From positions 1 to 64,000 of the forward strand of contig CALSCP010001993.1 in assembly GCA_943704425.1 (NCBI GenBank): DNA of 64,000 nt, written 5' to 3'. Origin of the DNA: Ministeria vibrans ATCC 50519 (lineage: Eukaryota; Protista; Filasterea). Below are positions 1 through 13,624 of the stretch, piece after piece (the first letter of the stretch is position 1; every line of letters begins with the position of its first letter). The position numbers and the translations under genes were made by a program. The notes under the pieces were generated by a model that did not search any database, was not told the DNA's origin, and was given only the letters and a program-made list of their open reading frames with translations.

Positions 1-67
1 CCCACCCCCCCCCGCCACGACGCTTACTGCTCACACACCGCGTTCTTCCTCTTCCGTGTCTCTCCAG

Positions 68-1724
68 GTCGGCCCTAACTTTCGCGTTGGTCGCAAAATC
101 GGCTCTGGCAACTTTGGTGAGATCCACCTTGGCAAGAACATCTACAACCAAGAGGATGTCGCTGTAAAAATGGTACGTGTCGTCGCTTTTCTGCGCCACC
201 CTTCAACCGTCATTTTCTTTGAATCACCACAAACACTCGACGCCCTTCCTTTCTTTTCTGTCTTTTTTTTCTTTTCTTTCTCTCCACCGCTCTGTTCTCA
301 CATCACACCTAAATTAATTTGTGCTCACACACACACCCCAACAGGAGTCCGTCAAGAGCCGCGCACCGCAGCTTCATATTGAGTACAAGTTTTACAAGGC
401 ACTGGGCGGTGTCGGTACGCATGCTGTGCTATGTTCATGCTATGCCTATTGACCCTAAACCCACGCATTTGTCTCATTCTTACAGAGGGATTTCCGCCAG
501 TGTACTACTATGGGCCGGCAGGCAAGTACAACGCAATGGTGATTGGGCTTCTAGGACCGTGTCTCGAGGACCTCTTTGATATGTGCAACCGACAGTTTAC
601 ACCCAAGACAGTATGCCACATTGCGATTCAATTGGTACACCGAAAAATACAACTTCTTCAGCGTGCTTTCTCACGCACGGTTTGTTACCGAAATCTCACT
701 CTCTCCTCTAATAGATAACACGGATGGAGACAATCCATTCGAAGCGCATCATCTACCGCGACGTGAAGCCCGAGAACTTCCTGATTGGTCTGGCGGAGGA
801 GGACAAGCACAAGACGGTGCACATGATCGATTTTGGGCTGGCCAAGGAGTACATGGACGCCGAAGGCATGCACATTCCCTACCGAGAACACAAGAGCCTT
901 ACTGGTACCGCCCGCTACATGAGTATCAACACCCATCTTGGAAAAGGTATGTAGGTCGAGCGCATCGCTTGGAAATGCGCCCTCTTCTTACTTTCGGGTG
1001 ATGGTTGTATAGAGCAAAGCCGGCGAGACGATCTCGAGGCGTTGGGCCACATGCTGTTTTACTTCCTGCGTGGTTCGCTTCCGTGGCAGGGACTCAAGGC
1101 AGACACACTCAAGGAGAGATACCAGAAGATTGGCGACGTCAAGATTGAGACGCCCATTGAGGTGCTGGGCAAGGGTCATCCCGAGGAGTTCTCCAAGTAC
1201 CTGCGCTACGCGCGCACCCTCGAGTTTACCCAGACCCCCGATTATGAAATGCTCCGCGGTCTCTTCCGCGACGCCATGGCTCGCGAGGGCTGGGACGCCG
1301 ACACTGACTTTGACTGGTCTCGCATCAAGGTGGCCGCGAAAAAGTGTTAGTATTCGCTGATGTTGATTCTTTTCTTTTCTTTTTTTTTTTTTTTTGCCTC
1401 TTCTTTCTTTGATAGATTGTTTCGGCAGCAAAGAAAAAGTCTGCGACCACTACCACCGAACCCGCCTCGACAAGTGTACGTTGTCATCTCGCCCACATAC
1501 CGCATCCCACAAAAAACAACGACTCACGTGCCTACTCACTCCCTTACTTATGACAGGCTCCCAAGACGGGCGATGTCCCTGGTGACGGCTGGCACGTCAA
1601 CAAGCCTGCGGCATCCAGCAAAGGCAAGAACAAGCGCGACAAGGACGTCACAGGTGGTGCTGCCCCCGCCCCACACGACGACGACGACGAAGGCTGCTGC
1701 GGCTGCTTCTCAAAGTCAAAATAA
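68..1724 (+). CDS. CSNK1G: Casein kinase 1, gamma-like (multi-exon; 5' end lies upstream of the window)
   Basis: Spliced exons give [92 protein letters not shown]. The last exon ends [15 protein letters not shown] (TAA 1722-1724), a Cys cluster typical of CK1-gamma. The first visible exon starts after an acceptor (ctccag|68). Confidence 0.93.
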
Positions 1725-1929
1725 TGCTCTCTCTCGTTCTCCTCTCTTTTACTCACGCAAGCAACTCACTCCAATATTCTCAATTTTGCCACTGTCCTTT
1801 CACTTTGCGTCTCTCTCTTCCTTTTCTTTTCCAATCAATACACAAACGACACTGGCCTGTACTGTACCAAACCAGCAATCTGAGCTGCTTGTTTCCATTC
1901 CCTCTCTCATTATATAAGACACGTTTTAA

Positions 1930-2366
1930 TTAGGAGAGCGACGAGAGTACATCTTCCTGGTTGCCGCGCATAAGGAGCGTCGGCGGAAGCCCGAACGTAA
2001 TGGCCTCCAGACTGGCCATGTACGTGCGTGGTGGAATAGAGGCGCGAGGGACGGGCAGCGAGACGAATACAAGCAGGGCATCGCGCGAGTTGATGCGCAG
2101 CAGTTCCCCTAGTCGAATTCGTTTGAGGACCCAGGGGTCGAGAGGCGTAACGGGTTCGCCACGCTCGTTGCGCTCTGTGAACTCGCCGCCAAGAAGTTGG
2201 CGAAAGTGCCGGATGTTGTTGTCGCTGGGTTTGTCCCTATATGTGTACGTGTGTGTGAGAGAGAGAAAATTGACAATGTGTGCGTGTAGGTGTATGTGTG
2301 TATGTGTGTATGCGTGTTGTGTATGTGTGTGAGTTGACAATATGGGTGCATCATTGTGTGCGCATG

Positions 2367-2399
<33 letters not shown>

Positions 2400-3524
2400 T
2401 GAGTTGGCAGTGACAAGTTAAGATGAATTGTATGGCATGCGTACGAGTAGCCCTCGACAATGTTAAGGTCGACTTTGAAGCGGAACTTGGACAGGAGACG
2501 GGTCATGCGCACCACTTCATGGTTGTAGTTCTTGCGCGACGCCAGAATGAACAGACGCAGCTTCACTTTGGACCAGTCCTTTTGGTTGCTCAGCAGGTGT
2601 GGCAGCAGCAGTGTCAATCCACCGTCGTCCTAATCATTTTATTCACACACAGTGTAACAAAAAATAATTAAAAATAATTAATAATTATAATTATTATTAA
2701 TATAAATTCTGTTAATAAAAGGTTGCTTACTCCAATCCACCAGACGTCAATAGTGCCTTCGCCATTCTTCATGCGCGGGTCCGAGTAGAAAGGCAGAGCC
2801 ATGCGTTTTGTTGTCGCATCTTCCAGACCGTCGACGGTCTCGTCATCGGCCATACCGTCCTGTGCAACCTCGTTGAGGCGCAGCCCGGCAGACATGGCAA
2901 ACGACTCAGGTCGTTTGGACGTGGAACCACGCATGTTGCGCATGGGAATGCCTTGTCGAGTCTCACGGGGCACTGAAGCAACAGCGGCACTCTCGCGCTC
3001 CATTGCAATGTCGTGATGTTGCTCGTGCAGCCGTTGGTTGTCGCGCAATCGCTGTTCGGCTCGCACGCGACGCGCCTCAGCCGCCAGCTCAACGTTCCTG
3101 GCCGTTTTCGAGAAGAAGTCGGAGCCACGAATGATGACAATGCCAAAGACCATGGCGTACGAGTCGCTGACGGCACCAACGTACTCGCGCAGCTGCTGGG
3201 CTGAGTACTTGCTCTCGTCTTGCCACTTGTTCGGGTAGCCCAGTACCACAATGTTGGGGCGCACCTTGGTGCCCAGACCCGCCAGCTGCAGCAGAGAGCG
3301 CACACCTTGTCGAAACGTCTGACTTGCCACCACATCAAAGAATCCTTTGTACTACACATGATGAAATATACGACGAGAGAAAAGTGAGATAGAAAGAGAG
3401 GAAAAAGAAAGAACAGCGAGAGAGAGAGAGAGAGGAGTGAGGATGAAGAGTGATAGCAATAGAAAAAAAGGGAGAGAATGAACAAATTAATAGCGAGAGA
3501 AAGAGGAAGAGGAAAGAACAAAGT

Positions 3525-3566
<42 letters not shown>

Positions 3567-6500
3567 CAAAGTGATAGAGAGAAAAGTGATAGAGAGAGAA
3601 AAACAAAGTGATAGAGAGAGAGAAAGTGATAGAGAGAGAGAAACAAAGTGATAGATAGAAAAAGTGATAGAGAGAGAAAAACAAAGTGATAGAGAGAGAG
3701 AGAGAGAAAGAGAGAAAAAGTGATTGAGAGAGAGAGAGAGAAAGAGAGAAAAAGTGATTGAGAGAGAGAGAGAAACAAAGTAATAGAGAGAGAGAAGACA
3801 ACGTATAAAATAGTGAGAGGGAGAGGGTACATTGTTATCGATGAGAAAGGTATCCTTGCGCGCATTAATGACGTCCACAATGGCAATGTCGACTGCATGA
3901 GGCTGTTCAGCGCCCAACTCCCTGCACACACACAGAAGAGCAAATAAATGATGTTTAGGAAAAGCAGGAGATGAGCACACGTGCTGATCTATTGTGCATG
4001 CAATATAAAATACCCGACAATCTGAGCACAAATGAAGGAGCCAACATTCTTGCTCATATCCGCTACAAACCGCACAAGCTCCGGTCGAGACGAAGGTGGT
4101 CCTGTCAACACCAGAAATTGGGGTCTAAATAATTGATTGTAACAATATAGAGTTGTTAGCATTATCTCTCTATCGCTTCGTTCTTTCTCTCCCTCTCTAT
4201 ACCGATAGTTCTTGACGTGCTTCTTTGCACCTTCGAGACGCAACAGTGAATTGAGAGTGGTTCGGAAGCGACGTGCCGCACCCCACTCACCCCAATTCAC
4301 CTCTATATATAAAAACCACACATACACACACCCAAAAAATAAGACGATGCAAAAAAAAAAACCAGTGTGTTTGAGAGGGACCTCTGTCGCGGTACTCAAT
4401 GAACTTGTAGAGGAAGATGACGACTGCGACAGTGATGAGGGCAGTCCACCAACTGATGACAAACATAACGATGAGACAGACAAAGGACGAGCCCAGCGCA
4501 ACCCATTGGGAGTAAAAGCGGTACGTGGGGCGCCATCCTAGTGTACACAGTGAGTGAGCGAGCGAGTGAGTGAGTGAGTGATGGTGTATTTAGTGTACCA
4601 GGCGTCTGTGAGAAGCTCGCTTGAAAGCACGAGTAGTTGATGAGGGCGTAGGCCATGAGAAAAAAGTTGGATATGATCAGCGCAATCTCGTTGAGTTGCC
4701 CAATGAGAATAAAACAGATCGCAATCACAAATGCGAGAATATAGCTACAAATTAAAATAATACAGAGAGTTATAGAATTGAACTTATTTGGCATGTTAGG
4801 TACGAACCCTCTTTTCGGCTCATTGTTGGGACCACTGCCTTTGCCAAAGAAGGAAATGTATGGGAAGAGATCGTCATTACACACTGCCTGAAAAACAAAC
4901 AAAACAGAAGACGAAAACAGAGAGTGAGAGAAAGAAGAGACAAAAAACAAATAGAGAGACAAAAGTGAGGGACTAAGAACAAATAGAATGAATAATGAAG
5001 AACAAAGAGCAAATAGAATGGATAATGAGGGACAAAGAACAAATAGAAACAAAAATGAAGAACAAAGAGCAAATAGAATGAATAATGAGGGACAAAGAAC
5101 AAATGGAAAGAAAGAAACGAAGCGGAAGAGAGAGAACACACAAAGTAGAATTTTGTATTTTTTGTATTTTGTATACCTGAAAGACTTTGGGAGCACTGAC
5201 AAGACTGGTGAGCGCAGAAGAGAGAGTCGCAGCAAAAATGCCAGCAGAAATGAGAGGACCGACAAGCGAGACCATTTCCATGACCTGAAAGTTATTGAGG
5301 AGACCATACTCACAGAGAGGGGCAACACAGGGCACAGTAACGGTGGCATTAGTCGTTGCGTTGACAATGGTCATGGTCCCTGCGTCGCGCACTACCGTCG
5401 CTCCGACGAGCCAGGCCATCACCAGGTAAGTACCCGATGTCACTCCAATCGCAAGGAAAGTTCCTTTGGGGATGGCCTTTTGCGCATCCTACCATTTAGT
5501 GTGGGTGTGTGCAGAGTAAGTTGATGGGAATCAATTCTTCACGAAAGCGGTTACCTTGAGATCGCCTGAGATGTTTGCACCGGCGAGAATACCGGTCGCA
5601 GCAGGAAAAAAGACGGCAAAGACGGAGAAGAAGTCCTCTCCTCGGTACTCTGGGCCCCAATTGGCGCTGAACGTTTGCTCTAAAACAATAAAAATAATTA
5701 TTAAAGATAGTTGTTGTGTGTGCGTGTGTGTTGGTACGAGAGTAGCCGGTGAAACCCTGACTGGAGGTCTTTGCGGTGGGGTTGAGGAAGGTGCCAATGA
5801 CAAAGTCAGCAATGGCAATGAGAAGCACGACCAAGAGCACCATCTGTGCCTTGGCCTCCCACGCCATCCCGATGAAAACAATCGCCAAACACGCCCCTGC
5901 CGTGACCAGCCCAATGATCCGGATGTCCCACAGCCCGCCGTCGATTATCTGCACTCCGTCCGCCTAAACATATATATATATATACATAGGCAAGAGAGAG
6001 AGAAACGAATGTGCAGTTCAGCTTTTGAGCATCAAAGATTGGTCGTTCATCTCAGGTCGTACCGCCATGAGCGAGGAGACAGTCTCGGCAAAACCCACAA
6101 TGTATAGAGCAACGGCCACGGCGTTGGCAAGCGAAAAGATTATACCAATAGCACCGCCAAACTCAGGGCCAAGCGAGCGAGAGATCATAAAGTAGGCGCC
6201 ACCACCGCGCACTTTGCCGTTGGTGCTGATGGCAGACATGGACATGGTGGTCGCAACGGTGACTGCGGTTGCCAAAAGAATCACAAGCGAGGCAAAACTG
6301 ATGCCACCCTGGCCCACCACCCACGAGAGACGAATGAAAAGCATGACGCCCCAAATGTTGAGCAGACAGCGCACAAACACCCCCTTGATCCACCCAAACT
6401 CAAACCCTTTCGTCTCGGGCGTCGAGGCACTTGCCTCTTCTGCTTCTGCTGTTGTTGTTGTTGTTGCGATGGCACTCGACGATTCCTCGGTCGTTACATC

Positions 6501-7559
6501 GCCAGCAGTTTGGCGTCGCAGCAGCAGAGGTGAGTCAATCACATCGGATCCGCCTGCCAGACTCGCTCGCGCACTGTCGTTGGCCACACCTTGCTGCGGC
6601 TGCTGTTCGTCGCCACCACCAGGACCCTCCATGCGAGCCCTAATCTCGCTGGGAACGTGGTCGCTATACAGCTGAACCAAAGGCAGCGGTCGTTGCTTGC
6701 CTGTGTCCTTGGACAGCGAATGCTCATCACGGTAAAAGTGCGTGTTAGGACCGGGATCGTAGGTGTCCAAGCGCGCAACAGTTGCTGCAATAGACACAAT
6801 TCAAAAAAGAAAGAGGATCGTCTTGCATCAATGCAAGAACACATAGACAAAACTTGCAACAGCCAATGAGTGATGAGTGAGGGTGAGGGAAGCCCTCACT
6901 CACTCCACAATCATTATGCTTTGCACAAACAAGGACTTACGTGGTGCAGCGCCCCCTCGCATGATTGTGTGCATGTGACTCAACTCAGGATGTTCACCAA
7001 TGTCAAATGCAGCGGGAGGCTCGCCTGTGTCGACTTTGGCCTTGCGCTTCGTCTGTGGAGTGGAGCTACCAGAGGCATCAGCGAAGGCAACTCGCGCCCG
7101 TTCCTTGCGCTGCTGTTCCGTTGTGCCCCCCTTTGCTGCCGGCACCTCACCCGCCTCCGCTGAGGCGACTGTGGCTGTTGCTGCGGCTGCTTCCGGTGGC
7201 ATCTCCGGCGTCGCCGATGGCTCGCGCGCAGTCTCCGCCAACAATGGCGCCACGGGCGTTTCGGCGACCACAGCCGTCGAAGGTGCTGGCGCATCAGCAG
7301 ACGACTCGGTCGTTGGCACCTCCTCAACAGCAAAGCGTTTCGCGCCCCCCAAGGCCCCACCCCCCTTGCCGGCGGCCGCAGGGTCGCTTGGCGCCTCCAC
7401 GCGCCCTTGCGCTGTTTCCGACGCCAACACGTCCTTTTCCTTCTGCGGCGTCACAGGCACCTCTTCGACGACAAAGCGCGCCTTGGGCCCTTTCGGAGAC
7501 GGACTCGTCGCTTCCGATCCGCCTTCCGTCGCCTCTGTCGACGTTGGTGCAGCGTCCAT
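1930..7559 (-). CDS. SLC12 cation-chloride cotransporter, NKCC/NCC-like (multi-exon)
   Basis: [113 protein letters not shown] and C-terminal [16 protein letters not shown] are SLC12A1/2/3-type motifs. Confidence 0.93.
3400..3800. repeat. Intronic purine-rich minisatellite (AAACAAAGTGATAGAGAG-like units mixed with (GA)n)
   Basis: Repeated aaacaaagtgatagagag / gaaaaagtgat(t)gagag units. Confidence 0.85.
4963..5110. repeat. Intronic tandem repeat, ~30-bp unit, ~5 copies
   Basis: Units such as aaatagaatgaataatgaagaacaaagagc and aaatagaatggataatgagggacaaagaac. Confidence 0.8.
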
Positions 7560-7674
7560 TTGGGAAGAGAGTCAAAGAGAGAGAGAGAGAAAAAAAGTAA
7601 TACACAAAGTAATTCCAAAAAAGTATAGATATTAGATAAAAAAAATAAAATTTTTTGGTTTCACCGAACGCAGT

Positions 7675-8744
7675 ATGAGTGACGCGGAGAGCCTTCGCAC
7701 TCTGGGCAACAAGAGATTTGCTGCGGGTGACTATCACGATGCGATCGCACTCTATTCCAGGGCAATTGTACTGATCGGTCGAGCAGTCGGAAAAGGGCCG
7801 CTGACTCGTCCTCGCTCCTCTCGCCCCACCCTGCCCTGTAGATCCAGCGAGCGGACGCCAAATTGTACACTAACCGCGCCTTGTGCTATTTCAAGCTGGA
7901 AAAGATGGACCGGGTCCTGGAGGACTGCCAGTTGGCGCTCGACTTGGATGCGAAGAGTGTCAAGGTTCGTCCTGCGTCCGTCTCCCCTTCATTCCGCCCA
8001 CTGTGCTTGTTTTGTTGATCGCTCAGGCAAGCTATATGATGGGACAGGCTCTTGCCGAGCTGGGACGCGAGGAGGAGGGCATTGCTAGATTGAAGTGTGC
8101 GATGGACTGGGAGAGCGAGCAGAAGCTCAACTTTGGAACGCAGATTGCGACTGCCATTGGCAAGGCCAAGCGAAAGGTGCCCTCCCTGCTGACTCCTTTG
8201 TAGACTCGTCTGTTGTTTGTCCTCCTCATTGCACTCCTCTTGGTTTTAGTTGTGGAACAAACGCGAAGACGAGCGACTCGCCCAACGAGTCGACCTGCAG
8301 GATTTCTTAGCCAACCTCATTGACGACCAAAGTCGAAGGTACGCACCACCACGACAACACGCGGTGATGTGTGACACTCATGTATTTCCCAATATGGATA
8401 AACTACTGGCACTACACTATAGAACGGGCGATACCACAGAGCTATCGCAACACAAGGAAGCACTTGAAAAGCTATTTGCCGAGGCTGACGAGCGTCGTCG
8501 CCGTCGCACCATCCCCGACAGTTTCCTCTGCAAAATCTCTTACGAACTTATGCAAGACCCCGTCGTGACACCCTCAGGCATCTCCTACGAACGCCGTTTT
8601 GTCCTGCAGCACCTCTCGAGCGTCGGGTCCTTTGACCCTGTCAACCGTGCGCCCCTTCAGCCTTCAGACCTCATTCCCAATCTCGGCCTTAAGAGTGCCA
8701 TTGATGACTTTATCGCCGACAATCCTTGGGCCGAGTGGGAGTAG
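7675..8744 (+). CDS. STUB1: CHIP/STUB1 TPR-U-box E3 ubiquitin ligase (multi-exon)
   Basis: N-terminal TPRs (AESLRTLGNKRFAAGDYHDAIALYSRAI; YTNRALCYFKL). C-terminal U-box IPDSFLCKISYELMQDPVVTPSGISYER...FDPVNRAPL...LIPNLGLKSAIDDFIADNPWAEWE*. Confidence 0.93.
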
Positions 8745-9013
8745 TACTCTTTTTCTCTCTCCTACTTTGTTTCTTTCACTTTGTTTTTTTCACTTTGTTT
8801 CTTTCACTTTGTTTTTCTCTCTACTTCTTTCCCTCTTGTACATATCCCAATATATCACGTCTCCGTTTGTTTCGAATTATTATATTACTACTACGTTTGA
8901 ATAGTAATAATAATAATAAAATATTATTATTTTTATTATTTTTATTATTATTATTATGTCATATTATTATTATTATCATTGTTTAATATTAGTATAGTAT
9001 ACAGATTGATTAG

Positions 9014-9111
9014 TTAGCGCGCCTCGACTTCCGAAATGGTTTTCTCGAGCTGATTGCGCACAAGACACTCGACAAGAACAGTCGCAAGAGAGGGCAGTCG
9101 CACCTGCACAA

Positions 9112-9147
<36 letters not shown>

Positions 9148-9338
9148 ATTTGTGTGTGTGAGTAAACAGACTCATGTAATCATCACTGCTGTGCTTACCG
9201 GCTTCGACACAAACGCATCCATTCCTGCGTCAGAACACGCCTTCCTCATGTCATCAAACGCATCTCCAGTCAACGCCACAATCGTCACTCTGCACATGCG
9301 AAAATAATTAATACCCAATAAAAACTAAGAAGCTCTGC

Positions 9339-9370
<32 letters not shown>

Positions 9371-12300
9371 GTCCCTTTCTTTTTTCGTGTTCGTACCTGG
9401 ACATACTCGAATTGGCACCCTCAATATCGCGGATCTGGCGAGAGACATCCGTTCCAGAGATGCCGGGCATCTGCTGGTCCATGAATATGATGTGAAAGGG
9501 CGTGGCAGCGTGCATGGCGAGCGCCTCGGTGCCTGACGAGGCAGTGGTGACGTTACTGGCGCCCAAACGCGTAAGCATCTTGGCCACAATCACTTGATTG
9601 ACGGTGACGTCATCCACGACAAGCACGCGCGACGTCTTCCACAGCTCACAGTGTCGCAGCCAGTCCTCGTGTGCCGTGTTCTCATGTGACTTCTTGCAAC
9701 GTGTCGTCGTCGTGCTACGACTGAAACTATCGCCGCGCACAAGCACCGGCACGTCGAGTCCTGCCATTGACGAAACCGATGAATGCGACGACGAGTGACT
9801 CACACTCTGGTTGCTGCTGTGGCTCGTCAACGGTGCTCTGCCCTCAGTGGCCAACATTGACGCAGACGTCGACAGCGCAGGGTGCTCAAACACGCCCAGA
9901 TCGGCACTGTTAATGGCGTCCATGCATGTCGCTGACCAGCTTTTCTTGCGCGCCGCCGCTGTCACGTTCTTGTAAAAGAGGCGACGTCGTTCGCCTGGCG
10001 ATGCTCGCGTTGGCACTGACTCCACGCTGCTCCGTGTACTACGCAGCATCTGGAGCGGCTTCAGATCAAAGCTCTGCACAATGGTGCGCTGTAGAAAGCG
10101 AAAGACTGCGTGCGAGTTCATGCGACGCCCGTCAAGCACCTCGTGGATACCCGAGGCACGCAACGACGGCAACAACGTCTCACTCGGCATCTCCTCTCCA
10201 TCGTGCACATACACGCACACTTGAACAGCGCCGTTGCGACACAACTGCCCCACCGACTCGACTTGGCTCTTCTCACCAAAGACCAGACATAAATGGAAAG
10301 GCATGCGATTGTTAGCGGCCAGTCGGGTCACGTCCTCGGCAAACTCGGGAGCACACGCAACGGGCGGACAGCGCAGACGCAAAAGAATCTTCATGAATCG
10401 CGCCGCAAGGCATGTGGAGCCATCAACGATCCCATGCTCGTTGCCATCGTCGGCCATTTCTAGTGCAGTGTCCACGTCGTCGCTCACGATGACAATGCGA
10501 GCCTCAGTTAGCTGTCGCACATCCAGTCCATCGCCACCAGTAGGAGCACCGTCAGACGCAGCACTGTCAGTCACAGCGCCGGCATCACCACTGAAAGTTG
10601 AGGCAGCATTCGACTCGCCACGACTTGCGATCGACGACGCGCTGCTTGCCGCAAATCTCTCAAAGAACACCAGGGACGGGGAGACACCATACTCTCTTGT
10701 AGCGCGCGGTGACGTTGGCGCTAGCATCGTCGGCATGCTTTGGCCACGGCTGAATGGTGGTGCCAGCTGGGGATCGGCCGTCGTTGTTGGTGCGGTATCT
10801 TTTTGCGATGAGAGGCGTACCGACAGTAATCCTGAGTCGGCACGCCGGAAGGGGCCCGGAGAGACGGGTGGCTGCGACACTGACGAAGAAGAGACGGAAG
10901 GCGATGAGGAAATTCGGCCACGACTCAGGTCAAAGTCATCCTGGCTCGCCGAAAAGTCTGACATGCTCAGCATCACTGAAGCGGCCGACAAGGCAGTGGT
11001 TCTCGCGCTGTCGGTTGATGCTGCTGCACCAAGCGATGACGATGAATCCGAGTCGTGCAAAGGTTCATTCAAAAACGGGCTGTTCGCCCAGCGGGCGAGC
11101 AGGGATGGGTCGCTGGCCGCAGCCTGCGCCATCTCCGCAATGTTGTCACTCGTGCTCTTGCTGAGCACCTCCGCAGTGTGCACAGGTGCAAAGAGAGTGC
11201 AGTAAAAAGTGGAGCCCTGGCCGGGTGTGCTCTCGCACCAAATGTTGCCACCATGGAGAACCACAAGCTCCTTGCAAATGGCCAATCCAAGACCTGTACC
11301 CTTCTCGGCGTGATGCAGCGGGTCAGCACTGACATGGGGCGGGGCTGTCGATGCATCAGAGGTGTCCGAGCCGCGCGAGATCTGCGAGAACGGCAGAAAG
11401 AGGTCCTTGACACGATCGGCGGGGATGCCCATGCCCGAGTCGCTCACGCTCAGGAGTACCACGACACCACGGCCTGAAGGAATGCTCGGTAGCGACACGG
11501 TGCTGTGCAGCTCGCACTCAATCTTGATGGCGCCCTTTGTCGTAAATTTGAGCGCATTGGAGATGAGGTTGGTGAGAACTTGGCGGATGCGCAGAGCGTC
11601 GCAATAGAGATGTCGTGGCACCGCAGGCGACACAAGAACACTCAGCGAAACGTCGGGCGATGAAAGAGCGCTGAGTCGATGCAGCTGAAAAATCTGCTCA
11701 ATGAGTGCGGGGAAGTCACACGGCGAGAACTCCAGGCGAAACTTGCCCGCCTCAATCTTGCTGAAGTCGAGGATGTCGTTGAGAATGGCTAGCATGTGGT
11801 CGCCGCTGCTATGCACAATCTTGGCGTACATAAGCTGCTCGTCGGTGAGCGTGTCGTCGGCTGAAAGGAGCGATGCACATCCAATGATGCCATTCATGGG
11901 GGCACGCAGTTCGTGCGAGACGTTTGCCAGAAAACGACGTTGTACGTCACGCACGCGAATGGCCTCGTCACGTGTCTCGGTCACAGTCTCTTCCTGCTCC
12001 ATCAGCGACGTGCGCAACTCTGCATTTTCACGTCGGAGAAGTTCAACTTCGAGACGCAGTCGTTCTCGTTCGCTCGAGCCACCGTCGCCCTGCAAAGCGC
12101 TGGCCGATTCGGTCACCGACAGAAACGACGACGACGCACTGAGTGGAGTGGTTGCTGGAGGAAAAAGTGACGAGGAAGATGCAGAGGCCGCCTTAGTCAT
12201 TGTCGTTTCCACCGCCAGGGAGGAAGAAGAAGAGGACAGCGACGCCGCCACCGGCACCGCCGCCGCAGGGATGTGCGAAAGCGATACACGAGAAGACAAC

Positions 12301-13581
12301 GTAGATGAGTGACCACGCGACGACATGACAGGGTTGGGACTAAGTTCATGTTCGGCGATGCCTCGCGCCACCATTTCTTGGTGGGACGTGACAAAAGGAC
12401 GCACAAGAAGATAGACAAAGTCGTTGTAGCGAACGGCATGACCCACAAGGACAAGGTCTTCGACGTGGCACCGCAATCGAGTCCATGGCGAGCTGTCAGC
12501 GACACTAATGAGCTGTTGGAGGGACGCTGCCATGGCCGGTTCCTCGACAGCAACGCGACCGGAGATGACCTTGCCAATGGCCAGCGATGGAATGATTTCA
12601 CGGCAACGAGTGCCAGCGGACAGCAGCACAGCATTGGTGTCGAGGGTTAGGTGAAAGGGAAAGGCTTTGGACACAAAGTCGGCGGCGGAATCAAGAAGTG
12701 CCCGACGAATGGAGTCGACAACAAGCGGCGACGGCGAAGAATTGGGGACATTCGACAGGCTTATGCGACTCTTGTGAAAGATATTGCCGTCATCGTCGAG
12801 CTCCGTCATGGACATGGCTGTCTTGCTGTCGCTACTGACGCTTTGATGAGCGCTACCGATTCTGACACCCGACGCACTCATCAGTTTGCGTCGCTTCAGC
12901 GAGAGACGGTGACGGTTGTGAAATTCAGTCTGTTGATTCTGGTGACGGTTTGCCATGCTTGCCACGACGGCAGCAATCGTGTCCGACGTCGGCTGAACGT
13001 CGGTTGATTCAAGGGGCATGTGGTGTGGCAGCGACTCTTGCAATGGTTGTGCGAACGATTGTTGCTGGGGTTGCGGCGAGATGGGGGGAACGGCAGTGGG
13101 ATACTGAGGGTCGGACCAAGTGACACGAGTGCCGTGGTCGGTTGAGGTATTTCGGAGAGTGAGGACTATGTCGCTTGCACTGCGTTGAACATTGCCACTA
13201 CTGCGTCTCGTTTCTGCAATGGTTGTGGAGTAGGACGACGAAGATTCTGTCGAGAGTAGCACGTTGGTGGGTTCCTTGATCTGGGAAGGGAGAGGCGGCA
13301 CGTCCTCCAGGCCAGTAGGGGAGACTTCGGGGGTGGAGCCGTTGGCGAGAAGTGTGGAATTGGAATCGAAGTTGAAGTGAGACTCGTGAGAGCTTTTTAG
13401 ATCGCGCTCTAGGGTGGTGAGCGGTAGGGAACCTTCGGGATGGGCTGCATCGCCCTTGAGGGGCATCACGAGGGTGTTGCGTTTGTGAAACACATCCGTG
13501 TCCCCAATGGGCGACTCATCTTGCTTGAGCACCACCTCTGCCTGTTGTTGTTGTTGTTGTTGTTGTTGATGATGATGATGA

Positions 13582-13624
<43 letters not shown>

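Noticed and set aside
3335-3943. Hydrophobic Leu/Ser/Phe-rich ORFs resembling membrane proteins
   Set aside because: Translations of an intronic minisatellite; the same applies to 52036-52592 and the (CA)n-derived HT/CV ORFs.
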